A stretch of DNA of 60,631 nucleotides, filler included, from Hausera hauseri (lineage: Eukaryota), in NCBI GenBank assembly GCA_046269625.1. It is 9 parts of 9 records of this genome, joined end to end, with 100 filler letters (N's around TTAATTAATTAA, not from the genome) between each part and the next. Parts side by side here need not be neighbours in the genome. Positions count along the whole stretch, not along the records: positions 1 to 4,875 come from JBJURY010407034.1; positions 4,976 to 10,023 come from JBJURY010351933.1; 7 more parts are not named here. The stretch is one strand, 5' to 3'. Shown piece by piece: positions 1-10,123 of the stretch; position 1 is the stretch's first letter, and the number at the start of each line of letters is the position of its first letter. A model generated the notes under the pieces. It saw only the letters and a program-made list of their open reading frames with translations. It was not told the origin of the DNA and ran no database searches. The translations under genes and the position numbers were made by a program.

Positions 1-1695
1 AAAAACACAGCAGTGATGACCGCATCAGAGAATGGTCAACTGGATTGTGTTCGGTTACTGATACAGGCTGATGCTGACGTGAATACCTCAAATACAGACC
101 AGGAAACAGCTTTGACATTGGCAGTTAAAAGGGGACATGTAAACTGTGTCGATTGTTTGATGGATGCTGGTGCCAATGTCAACTGGAAAAATAAAAATGG
201 CGAGACACCGTTAATGATAGCTCTTGTTGAAAGAAATATTAAATGTGTCCACGCTATTCTTAGATTTTCACCCAATGTCAATATTGTCAACAAATCAGGG
301 ATGACAGCACTGATGATCGCCTCAGCCAACAATTTGCCCGACTGTCTGAGCTCTTTGATAACGCATGGTGCTGAGATTGATTATAGAAATGAAGAAGGTG
401 AGACGGCTTTACTGTTCGCTGCTAGGGAAGGAAACCATTCGTGTTTGAAATTTTTGATAGAAGTTGGAGCCAGTGTTAATGTGTTTGACAGGTATGGACG
501 GGCTCCTATAATGTACGCGTGTCAGAAAAGAAGTTTACAGTGTGCTGCAGAGATAATCAATGCCTGGGCTGAACTGGATGTTCTCGAAAGAAAACAGAAA
601 GAAATCCCATATAGTATCACAAATTTGAATTTAGAAATAATTGGAGATACAGCTCTAATTATGGCCGTTCGTGCTTGCAACCACAATCTTGTTGATTTAA
701 TACTTACAAAAGGTGCAAAGGTAAATCTTACGAATGAGAACAAAGAAACTGCGTTGATGGTTTCTGCCAGGGAAGGCGAATATCTCTGCCTGCGCCAATT
801 ACTTAAACGAGGTGCAAATGTCGACCTACAAAACCAACACGGACAGACAGCACTGATGATTGCTTCCAGTGGAAAATGTATTCATTGTTTCACAGCTTTA
901 TGCAAAAAAACCAGCAACATAAATCAAACCGACAATAACGGCAAAACAGCTCTAATGTTTTCTTTAAGGAGTGAACATAATTTAAACTTCATACCAGTCC
1001 TAGTACAAGCTGGGGCAAATGTTAATCAACCAGATAAGGATGGTCATACGTCTCTCATGATCGCCGCTTCACAAGGACGGTTGGAATGTCTTGAACTGTT
1101 GATTCGAGCTGGTGCCAATAAGTATCAGACAAACAATGAAGGAAATATCGCTCTAATAACTGCTCCTATCAACAAACAAAAGCTGTGTCTTTCTGCTCTT
1201 CTGCAAGAATTTGTTGGTGTAGATCTTGCTAACAATCATGATTTAACAGCTGTAATGTTATGTTGTCAGTATGACAGTTTAGAATGTCTGAATTCTCCCA
1301 CTGAAAAAGGCGCCAGTATCAATATGGCTGATCATGATGGCGTCACCCCATTGATGATTGCTGCATCCAGAGGAAATACAGGTTGTTTGCGCGCTTTGAT
1401 AAGTAACGGGGCTCACCTTAATTCAGTTGATAAAGCTGGAAGAACTGCACTTTTATCAGCGTTGTCAGAATGTCAGAAAACAAGTGCTCTGACACTGATA
1501 CAAGCTGGAGCGTGTGTAAATATAAAGTCTAATGATGGGGAAACAGCTTTGATAGCAGCTGCTGGTAACCGTCTCACAACATGTCTACAGCCATTATTAC
1601 ATTATGGGGCTGAGATTAACGCTGTTGACGTTCAGGGACAGAGCTGCTCGGAATTGTTGCTCAGAATCTTTGAATATTCTACTTCAAGCAGGTAG
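1..1695 (+). CDS. Ankyrin-repeat protein (5' partial, ~15-16 repeats; 3' end probably truncated)
   Basis: Repeated G-x-T-[AP]-L-[MIL]-x-A...G...C[LV]..L[IL]..GA.VN units over 560 aa. The frame is open to the window start. One more repeat (KDDKDWTALMHAV) follows out of frame at ~1705-1748. Confidence 0.92.
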   Translation, partial: KNTAVMTASENGQLDCVRLLIQADADVNTSNTDQETALTLAVKRGHVNCVDCLMDAGANVNWKNKNGETPLMIALVERNIKCVHAILRFSPNVNIVNKSGMTALMIASANNLPDCLSSLITHGAEIDYRNEEGETALLFAAREGNHSCLKFLIEVGASVNVFDRYGRAPIMYACQKRSLQCAAEIINAWAELDVLERKQKEIPYSITNLNLEIIGDTALIMAVRACNHNLVDLILTKGAKVNLTNENKETALMVSAREGEYLCLRQLLKRGANVDLQNQHGQTALMIASSGKCIHCFTALCKKTSNINQTDNNGKTALMFSLRSEHNLNFIPVLVQAGANVNQPDKDGHTSLMIAASQGRLECLELLIRAGANKYQTNNEGNIALITAPINKQKLCLSALLQEFVGVDLANNHDLTAVMLCCQYDSLECLNSPTEKGASINMADHDGVTPLMIAASRGNTGCLRALISNGAHLNSVDKAGRTALLSALSECQKTSALTLIQAGACVNIKSNDGETALIAAAGNRLTTCLQPLLHYGAEINAVDVQGQSCSELLLRIFEYSTSSR

Positions 1696-2049
1696 CAGTG
1701 TCCACATGAAAGATGATAAAGACTGGACAGCGTTAATGCATGCGGTGAACATTTTATATACTGATTTTAATTCAATTTGAGTTTCTATATGCGACAAAAA
1801 TCGGGCTGGAAGCTATTGAGGGTACAGATATTTTAAAGACATTTGGTATGAAATTAATGAAAACCGGCGTTTGTGGATCTCAAACGAAACAGACAGCAGC
1901 GGTGGCAACCATAGGAAAACCGGAAATTTGGAGGGTCTGTAGTTCTTGCTTAAATTCTGAACGATCATACAAGAATCTTTTTAAGTTTAAAGGAACCAAC
2001 ATTGTAGCTGACCTGATTTCTTCGTTGGCGTCATCCGGTACTTTTGTGC

Positions 2050-3250
2050 TTTTTTGTGTATTTGTGCTTTTGTTGCAAATTTTACGTGATAGATGCAAAC
2101 GATGTTACTTGTTTTTAAATCGGGGGTGTAAAATTTACAACCGATGCAGCAATTCTGAGCATTGTTGCCAAATTTTCTGTGATAGAACAGATAGATGACC
2201 GCGCAAGCGAAGGCGACCGTCTTTATCATTGATGAAATACATCAGGGGAAGCAGCCCTAGAAAAACGCCGTCGAGGCAGAGTTAATTCATTTAATTTCTC
2301 ATCTATATTATTAATTGTTTTTTGCAAAATTTCGTTTTCTGTGCGTAATTACGAAATTTGTTGCTGCAGCATTACATTTTGTTGTTGGTGGTTTGTTATT
2401 AATGCCGCAGAGACAGCTAGTGCTGTGTATGAGTGCAACACTTTATAGGCTTTGTCCGCCAGTTCGGCTAACTTTTCCAGTGCCGTTGAGTCCACGACCA
2501 TAGTGAACAAAGCTCTTATTTTAAGGGGCAATGCATTTAAAAAGTAACGACGAAGTTCTGGACTATGCTCAGATGTTACGCCAAGGGTATTGAGGTGAGA
2601 CAAAAATGTGCGAAAAAACTCAGAAGGTTTTTGAAGGCCCATGGCGTTGTCATTGAAGAACCTTTGAATGATAGAGTCGATTGACGGCTCAGTGAGCTTA
2701 AGAACGGCATTATAAAGTTGAGCATATGGATCGGTGTGGTGAAGAATGTCCATGATGTTTGTAATTTTAGTTTTGATAGAAGCAGGTAAATGAAAAAACA
2801 GGCTGTTGGTTTTGGATAAGGGGTCAACGACGTTTTGTGATTGGAGCCAGAATTTATGAAGTTTTAACCATGTTTGAGTAGAATTTTGCCTATCGAAGAA
2901 GTATTCTGTGCAGAGTGAATGAGTGGGGAGTGTGTGCTGTGTCGAAGTGTTTGAAGCACTTTGGGTAAGTAAGTAATAGAGATCGGTGGTTTGGTGGGTT
3001 TGTCCGTGGTATCAATAGCGAGTGATGAATCCATGTCACCACGGATGCGGAAGTGTATGTGAAGACAGATATTGGATGACAGCGATTGCAGAGTCCCAAC
3101 GAGAGTTACCGTGAAGCCGTAATGTGTGAGATAAAAGTCAGGTGAGCGAAGGAAAGTGGAGACAAAGTTATAGATTGCTGCAGTGTTTAAATGATACTGC
3201 ATTTGTGCAAATGTGTGTGTTATTTAAGAAAAAGAATAGGAAATAAAGAG
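2050..3250 (-). pseudogene. Ty3/Gypsy family A Ubl-gag remnant (copy 1)
   Basis: Fragmented ORFs are homologous to 23087-24200 and 26079-27200 (FWLQS, YNAVLKLTEP, RRYFLNALP.IRAL, LEKLAELADK, YYH.KF...A..C..GC). They are preceded by FYLTHYG...LHIHFRIRGD-M. Confidence 0.85.
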
Positions 3251-3800
3251 AGGTCGTGTGGCCGGGGGCGTGTCGCGGGGCGGCATCGAAGAGTTCCGTC
3301 TGACCCAATGGTATAGGGTGAGCGGCCACGGCTTCAGTCTCGCCGTGACGGGCCGCAAACTGCGGGGTAGCCGAGGTCCACGCTTTTTTCGCTGTCTTTT
3401 GGAGGACTTTAACTCTTCCAAAACCGTCTTTGGATTGGTATGCAGCGATGAGTCCGGGTTGAATAAATGCGGCATTAACACCATGGACATTATGACGATG
3501 GCTGTAATAACTGTTTCCATTTAATTCGACCTGCAGATAACCGCATTTGAGTGTTTCAGTAGAACTCTCTGCAGAATGATTAAAAACACGGATGTAAAAA
3601 TGACTTGGATTGTCAAAGTATAATATCCTAAATTTGATGTACCCCTTATTCGGAAGGACAGGTTTATCAACTTTCAGTTGAAGAACATAACGTAGAGGAC
3701 ATGATGGTAAAATGCATTCACCATACACTTTTATTCGCAGACATATTTTGTCCACACTCTGACTTTGCCTTAGCGAGTTAAAAGTCGACTGCTTTGTCAT
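3168..3800 (-). pseudogene. TDRD12-like (CCCH + extended Tudor) fragment upstream of Ubl-gag
   Basis: CLRIKVYGEC....CPLRY...D...LP.KGYIKF.I....NPSHFYIR...YY...PGLIAA......F.RVKVL...KAW follows my recollection of the TDRD12 region after the helicase domain. NPSHFY[IV]R is a classic extended-Tudor N-terminal strand. Confidence 0.65.
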
Positions 3801-4273
3801 TTAACCAATCTGGTTTCTTACAGTCACATCGACTTAGAACCAAGCGTACACAGTAAACATTCTTTGGACTGAATGCATTCGGATTCAGAAAGATGTTGGA
3901 ATGACAAAGAGATGTCTTTTTGGTTTTGGATTTAGATACTGGTAAGAATGGGAGTTTAGAAAATCTGTCTCTCAGGAAATTTAATCGTCGACCGAATGTT
4001 TCTTCTGTAACATCGACGTGAAGCCATGTATGTGCGTTATATATCGATATCGCAGTTTGTCCAAGAGCTTCATCCGAAATTAAAAAAACGGGCATTTTAA
4101 ATGGTTTATACTGGGAAAATTCAGGTGAAGCAATTATAAAACAAAAGTTTTGTAAAGACCGTCTAACGGCAGCAAGTTTAAGATTCCCAAATGAGAAGAA
4201 TATGAATATTACCTTCGTGAAAAAATTCTTGTCCAACATGCAAACGTCCGAGCAGCACATGTCGAAAAAAATT

Positions 4274-4284
4274 TTCTGACACCA
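4274..4284 (-). promoter_or_regulatory. Candidate primer-binding site (tRNA-Leu type) of family A copy 1
   Basis: The minus strand reads TGGTGTCAGAA, identical to the first 11 nt of the PBS at 19924. It is correctly oriented ~1.2 kb upstream of gag. There is no clean LTR-terminal CA immediately before it. Confidence 0.5.
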
Positions 4285-4875
4285 TTTATTATGATTGAAC
4301 TGGTAGTTGATCGTCCCCGAACGAACGAACAAAAGAAGGGTTTTAGAGATCGTCTTTGTAGAATGCTTTTAAAATCCCCTAGATATCCGATCGGTATGTT
4401 GTGATGCCAATATCTCATTACGTTCTGTGTAATATCATAGGCCACTGGGAACCGACAGTTATCCTTAGATACCTCCGTGTTTGTAAATTAGGATGTGAAA
4501 ATATGTCGAATGGTACAGTTTTGAAGCTGATTTGTGAAAACCAAATTCGTACAGGAATTTTTCAATAATTATGGCCAAAAAATACAACAATTTTCTGTAT
4601 TAAATCAGACTGATGTAAAAGTGAATGTGGCGAAATACACAAAGTTCCACGAAACGACCAAAATATTCCAACTGCAGTCCAATGTTTAAGTTGGTAAAAC
4701 GTCAAAAATATGGCTCATCTAATTTCAAAAAATGCTAATATTCTTTATTTGAATAAACTCTTTTTACTCTATTTAAACAATTGTGAAAATAAAACTAAAA
4801 TCTACAATCTTGAATTTATGAACTATTGACCCATTTAACCATGATAAACCCAATGTTAAATTTCGTCGAATATCA

Positions 4876-4975
4876 NNNNNNNNNNNNNNNNNNNNNNNNN
4901 NNNNNNNNNNNNNNNNNNNTTAATTAATTAANNNNNNNNNNNNNNNNNNNNNNNNNNNNNNNNNNNNNNNNNNNN
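4876..4975. other. Artificial contig linker
   Basis: N44-TTAATTAATTAA-N44 (stops in six frames). Confidence 0.98.
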
Positions 4976-5609
4976 ACAAAATGTCAAGACATCACAAAAT
5001 TATGATAATAAATCAATCGAAATATTGAATATCGAAAGTCCAATTTACAAATAATGAAATTTTGAACTATGAAGTTTCCAGCTGAAATTTATGTGATGCA
5101 TTTATACATATGAATAGAAAAGTTAATTCTCCAGGTACACAAGAATTGTGAGCGAAAACGTTTGTTCGGAAGATGTGCTATAGAGGTTCAAAGAATTTCG
5201 TAAAAATAAGTTTTATTACCATTTTAAATCGTTGTATATACCACATATTTATAAATTCAGAGTGTGTAATAGAAAGCGACTGATCATATAGTTGTGTTGG
5301 AAAATATGGTTAATATGCAGGACACAAATATTACTAGTTGTCAAATGTTTTCAACAATCATATTAGGAATGCAAAATGATGGTTGAATGCACTCCGGATC
5401 ATCAAGAGCGTTTAAGTACGAATATATCAGTTGCATTGATTTCGTTTCAGTATTTTTATCATGTTACTCATGCTGGCTTTAATTTCAATGTTTTATGAAC
5501 CTTTGTGAATTTAAATATTCTTATAGTGGTTTCGCCTACAACAACTTTTCGTTTAATAACTTCTTCAACTTACTAGCCAGACCAAAAAAATTTTAAACTC
5601 GAAAATCGG

Positions 5610-5627
5610 GTCCTGGCGTGGTCGCCA
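5610..5627 (-). promoter_or_regulatory. LTR-retrotransposon primer-binding site (tRNA-Arg type); LTR 3' end ...GACA at 5633
   Basis: The minus strand reads ...CTAGACA-AAATT-TGGCGACCACGCCAGGAC. The 18-mer is complementary to a tRNA 3' end (T-stem CCTGG, acceptor CGTGGTC, G, CCA). A TATA-like TATATAGAAG lies on the minus strand at ~6201-6210. Confidence 0.7.
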
Positions 5628-6869
5628 AATTTTGTCTAGTCGTAGCTTGTCAAATAAATACGTAATATTCTGTTATAGTCTATTAGTTTAATTAATTTTT
5701 ATTTAACTTTTATCACTCGATAAATTCTATAGAAATCACTTTAATTCAAATGATACAAGCTCTCCACAACTCAAAGGACTATTTCAGTAACCAGAGGACA
5801 CCCCAAACAACTACCTTAATTTTCGTAAGGGCTGCACCCAAGTTACTCAGAAATGTCTCTTTTTTGTTTGATCACAAGATTTGATAACGTACCAGTAAAC
5901 GCCCAATAAATTAAATCAATCTGACAATAGTCAAAAGGGATAAAACAACTATTACTTATGAGCTCACAGTTTTCTCTTTTTCTTTTTTTGTTACTTATCA
6001 AACACTAGCAACCACTGTGGCAATCCACAAGAGAGTCCACAGTTATTTGCTTCAACAATTTAATTTTCATACAAAAGTAATTATTGAGCCCAATCTGTAA
6101 AATCAATTTGAATAAAACGACAATTAAAGCGTATATCCGAGAAAACAAAAAATAAATATACCCACGTAAATTTATCCTAATTCAACGTGTCCTCGACAGT
6201 CTTCTATATAGAAAATATTCAGTGCAATAAGTCTTTCGAGTGCAAATACAGAATCGTTACTGTGAATTATACGTCTTGCGAACCAATAAATGATGTGCGG
6301 GTATTTATATCTCACAATAAAAAATATAATTCAATCACCTCGAGATTTAATTATCTCGTTTCTTTATTGTTTGTTTCAAAAAATGCAATTATCTTGCAAT
6401 AGTAGAAGATCCTCAACTATAGCAAAATAATATATATATGATTAAATACGGTCAATTAAGTTTTTCATTACAGTACAAAGCGAAGCAGAAAATACAACTC
6501 CAATGAGGAAATTAATACGTCGTTGTTGCTTTCGTTTCCACTCATCTTCGATACGTTTTATAAAGAGAGATTGGACTATTAATTCAGCATACTCTCGTCT
6601 GCTCATTATCCTGGTTTCAGTCAGCTCACATAGATACTGAACGTCAAACACGTGTCCAATCATTATTTTATCTGTAAATTTCCAAATTTCGTGCTCAATG
6701 TACTCTTGTATTTAAGTTGTAATATGTAATATGATTGATGTGTTTATACCTGAGTAAAAGAAATCAGTTAGTGTATATCAATTTATTACATTATTGTATT
6801 TTATGTTACCATTTACTTTAATTTGTTCAAATTTAGAAATGTAATCAATATCCCATGTACTGAGTTTCT

Positions 6870-7090
6870 CGCATACATGAGGAGGCATAGCAGTGCCAAC
6901 AACAGATGGCGAAATACGACAAAGTGGACAGGGACACTTACCTGTGTCCGACGTGTAATAGTATTTCATCCCAATGTCCGTACACCAATTTTTATTAGGT
7001 GCAGAAGCATCATCTCGGACCGCTTACATGGTCGAAAAAGATGATGCTAGTGCATTGCCCCATGTATTCACGGTACTGTACAAGTAGAGT
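6870..7090 (-). pseudogene. Possible degenerate RING-finger remnant
   Basis: Broken frames give STCTV..., FRPCK... and KCPCPLCR. The position upstream of an LTR/PBS matches the other RING cassettes in the window. Confidence 0.3.
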
Positions 7091-7428
7091 GCACAACGCT
7101 GATTATTGCCATATTGCAATGGCGCAGTACTATGGCGCCACAACGCTGCACGGTAAACGGGCCTATAAATGTCTCGCTTGTTCTATAGTTGATGAAATCA
7201 ACTACGAACAATTTTATAATAAGCACAAGGACACTTGAACCAGTTCCAGAGGTCCAAAAAGGAAATATTGATGGAGGCAGCAAATGCAGTATTCGTTCAA
7301 CAAGCAGAAAACGTCAAGTATCAACAAATCTTGACGAATACCTGCAAAGCAGCAACAGAGAGCATTAGCTGCAGCAGGAGCAGTAGGAAACGCCCATTAC
7401 TGTCACGTACGACCTAAACAGATCGTAC

Positions 7429-10023
7429 GTGGACATAAAAGTAAATGTGTTATTGTTGGAGCAGGCAAAAGAATTCCATTATGTGGCCGTGACGAATTTG
7501 CACCGACTGTTGAACATGGACCATCATCAGTTTATCGAAAAGCGTATACGTTGTAAATGGTGTCCTCTATGTTTACATGGCTTCAGATCAGAAACCAAGT
7601 GGGAAAAAAATGTGACGCTGTGCAGAGAGAATGCATCAGGAACAACAATGTACGTCATGCCAGTCAAAAAGGATCTGCGATTTAGTGACTGGTCTAAAAT
7701 GGACATCCAGCATATGCGGTACATGCCGATATTAAGGCAATCCTAACACGGTACGACGTATACGATCAAAAACATGTTCCAATCGCCGTCGGGATGTTGG
7801 TTCTTCCAACAAAAGCTGTAGGTCAACCGCCGTATTACATGTTTCACGGCTGGGACTGTGTGTGTGATTTTCTGCATCAATTGGAAACAATAGTTAAATC
7901 GGAAATCGCACCGTGGTATCTCAATAGCAGCACAAAACCCCTGTTTTGGACAGATGAAGACGAAAGCCTGACGTTTGCAGTCACACAGGAATGTTATCTA
8001 TGCCGCAAAATATTACCGTTTGATGCACAAGAATGGCTCGTACCAAATCATGATTATTTTAGTGGTTTATTCCTAGGAGCATTATGCAATTCATGAAATT
8101 TGCCAAGGCGTGTGCGGCCATTCATACCAATGATTTTTCATAATATCCGAGGTTAAGATTGTCACCATATATTCAAATGGGCCATCAACGGATTTCCGCA
8201 CTGGGAACTGTCAATAATCCCAACAACAATGGAGAAGTACCTGTCCCTGTCAGCACGCATAAACCGGTTCCAGGTACGCTTCCTTGATTCATTGCAATTT
8301 CTCAATGAATCACTGATGAAGGTGGCAAATGCCTCGACGGATGTGCCAATAACGTCAGCGCAGTTCCCACATATTGCAAGCAGCAAAGACGTATTTCCAT
8401 ATGACTTTGCAACATCATATGAGCAACAGCAGAGGAATTACCGCCGCGATGGACATGCATCACAGAAATTGAATATTGGAGAGCACAAGAATATTGGACA
8501 GAACTCGGCTGTAGAAACATGTTGGAGTACATGCTCCAATATCGCAAACTGGACGCGTACTTATTGGCCGATGTGTTCTAAGCATTTGTGACGAAAGAGT
8601 TGTCTCAAGATAGGCGGGAGCCACTCAACTTTTATTCCATATCGGGAATGATTTGGACTTCAGCTCTAATATCACTTGATGGAGACATTAAGCTGCAGCA
8701 AGACCCGGAAATGTACCGGCTGCTTGATGTTGGTATTCGCGGTGGCATGACTTTTGTCAAAAAACATCAGGTCACTGCTACAGATACCACATCACTGCTG
8801 TATATTGATATTAATTACCTGTAAGACTGGGCGCTCTCGCAGCTCTTGCCGTACGGTTCATTTGAATGGGTAGTCGACAGACAAGATCTGGACGACATAA
8901 TGCTTAATTTACCACGAGCAGATATGGCAAGCTCAGTCTAACACCTGATGGAGGTCGATATCGTGGTACCAGGTGATCTGCATGACGTTTTGAACAATTT
9001 ACCAGTCGCACCATTTAACCATGTCCCCTAGGCACAAAAGTGAAGAAACTGCTCATGACGCAGGAACCGAAGCTGAATTACGTGGTCCATTGGTGCCTGC
9101 TACAGTTCTACATGTAGTTGGTTGTACACGTAACATGGCTGCATCGTGCAATCCGATTTGCTCAGACTCACATATTCAAGGTGTACATAGATGGAAATTA
9201 GGAGAAACAAATCGCAGCTTGAACAAAGTTCGAAAAGGACTACTACAAGCTGAAAAACAATTCCCTGTACGGAAAAAGCAGTGGAGAATCTAAAAAAGCG
9301 GCCCAATGTAAGCCTATGCAATAGCGAAAGGCGGTTAATAACGTACCCGAGTAAGGCGAATGTTCGGCGGTCAATGCACATTACCAATGGATTGGTTACT
9401 ATACTGTTAAACCGAGAAGGCGTGGTTCTGAATCGGCCAAGTTGCATCGGACAAGTGGTATGGAAGCTGAACAAATTGCGCATGTGCGAGCTCCAGTATC
9501 ACGACTTGGCACATTACCGGCAAATGTTCGACGGCTGTGAGATAAACATCGTTGCCGGTAACACAGACAGCTTTTTCCTTCAGCTGAAAACTTCAATTGA
9601 GATCAACTGCTCCGACAAATAATGACAGATGAATTACTGGACACGTCAAACTACCTACAGAACCATCCTCTGTACAGCAGCGTGATAACAAACAAAATCG
9701 GCTGCTTTAATGACTAAAGTGAAGGCCGGGTTAAATACATGGAATGGATATTTTTGCGCCCAAAGTGCTACAGTTTTTTGACGGACTGTAGGCCGAAAAT
9801 GCGGGCAAAGGGCATCCGGCTGAAACAGACGGAAATAAATCACGGTGATTATCGCCGTGTCTATGATGAACAAGAAGAAGAAAAAGGAAATGTTGTTGTG
9901 TCTCAAACGACCATACGATCGATTGAGTACCAGCTGTATACCATCACAAATAGAAAGGTTGCTTTGTCATGCAACGATGACAAGCGAAAGTGGGTGGGGC
10001 GAAATAAGAGTTGGGCGTATGGG
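7429..10023 (+). pseudogene. Protein-primed family B DNA polymerase of Maverick/Polinton type (with endonuclease-VII-like insert), multiply disrupted
   Basis: Motifs across frames: HYVAV.NL.RLL, CPLCL, YAD, CYLC...NHD.FSG.F.GA.CN, FHN.RG, EKYLS, RFLDSLQFL, VFPYDF, LLADVF, GIRGG, LYIDINYL, KLKNNSLYGK, NTDSFF, LRPKCYS, KGI, LS.NDDKR...AYG. Confidence 0.9.
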
Positions 10024-10123
10024 NNNNNNNNNNNNNNNNNNNNNNNNNNNNNNNNNNNNNNNNNNNNTTAATTAATTAANNNNNNNNNNNNNNNNNNNNN
10101 NNNNNNNNNNNNNNNNNNNNNNN
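10024..10123. other. Artificial contig linker
   Basis: N44-TTAATTAATTAA-N44. Confidence 0.98.

Noticed and set aside
1848-2198. Plus-strand ORF with KGTNIVADLISS resembling an RNase H C-terminus
   Set aside because: It is a single short motif, half the ORF is antisense to gag, and there are no supporting upstream RNase H motifs.
5600-5627. tRNA gene
   Set aside because: Only the 3' ~18-22 nt including an encoded CCA are present, with no D or anticodon arm. This fits a PBS.
1-10023. Giant-virus (NCLDV) genome suggested by ankyrin + PolB
   Set aside because: The two genes are on different contigs, the PolB is the protein-primed Polinton type, and no NCLDV core genes were seen.
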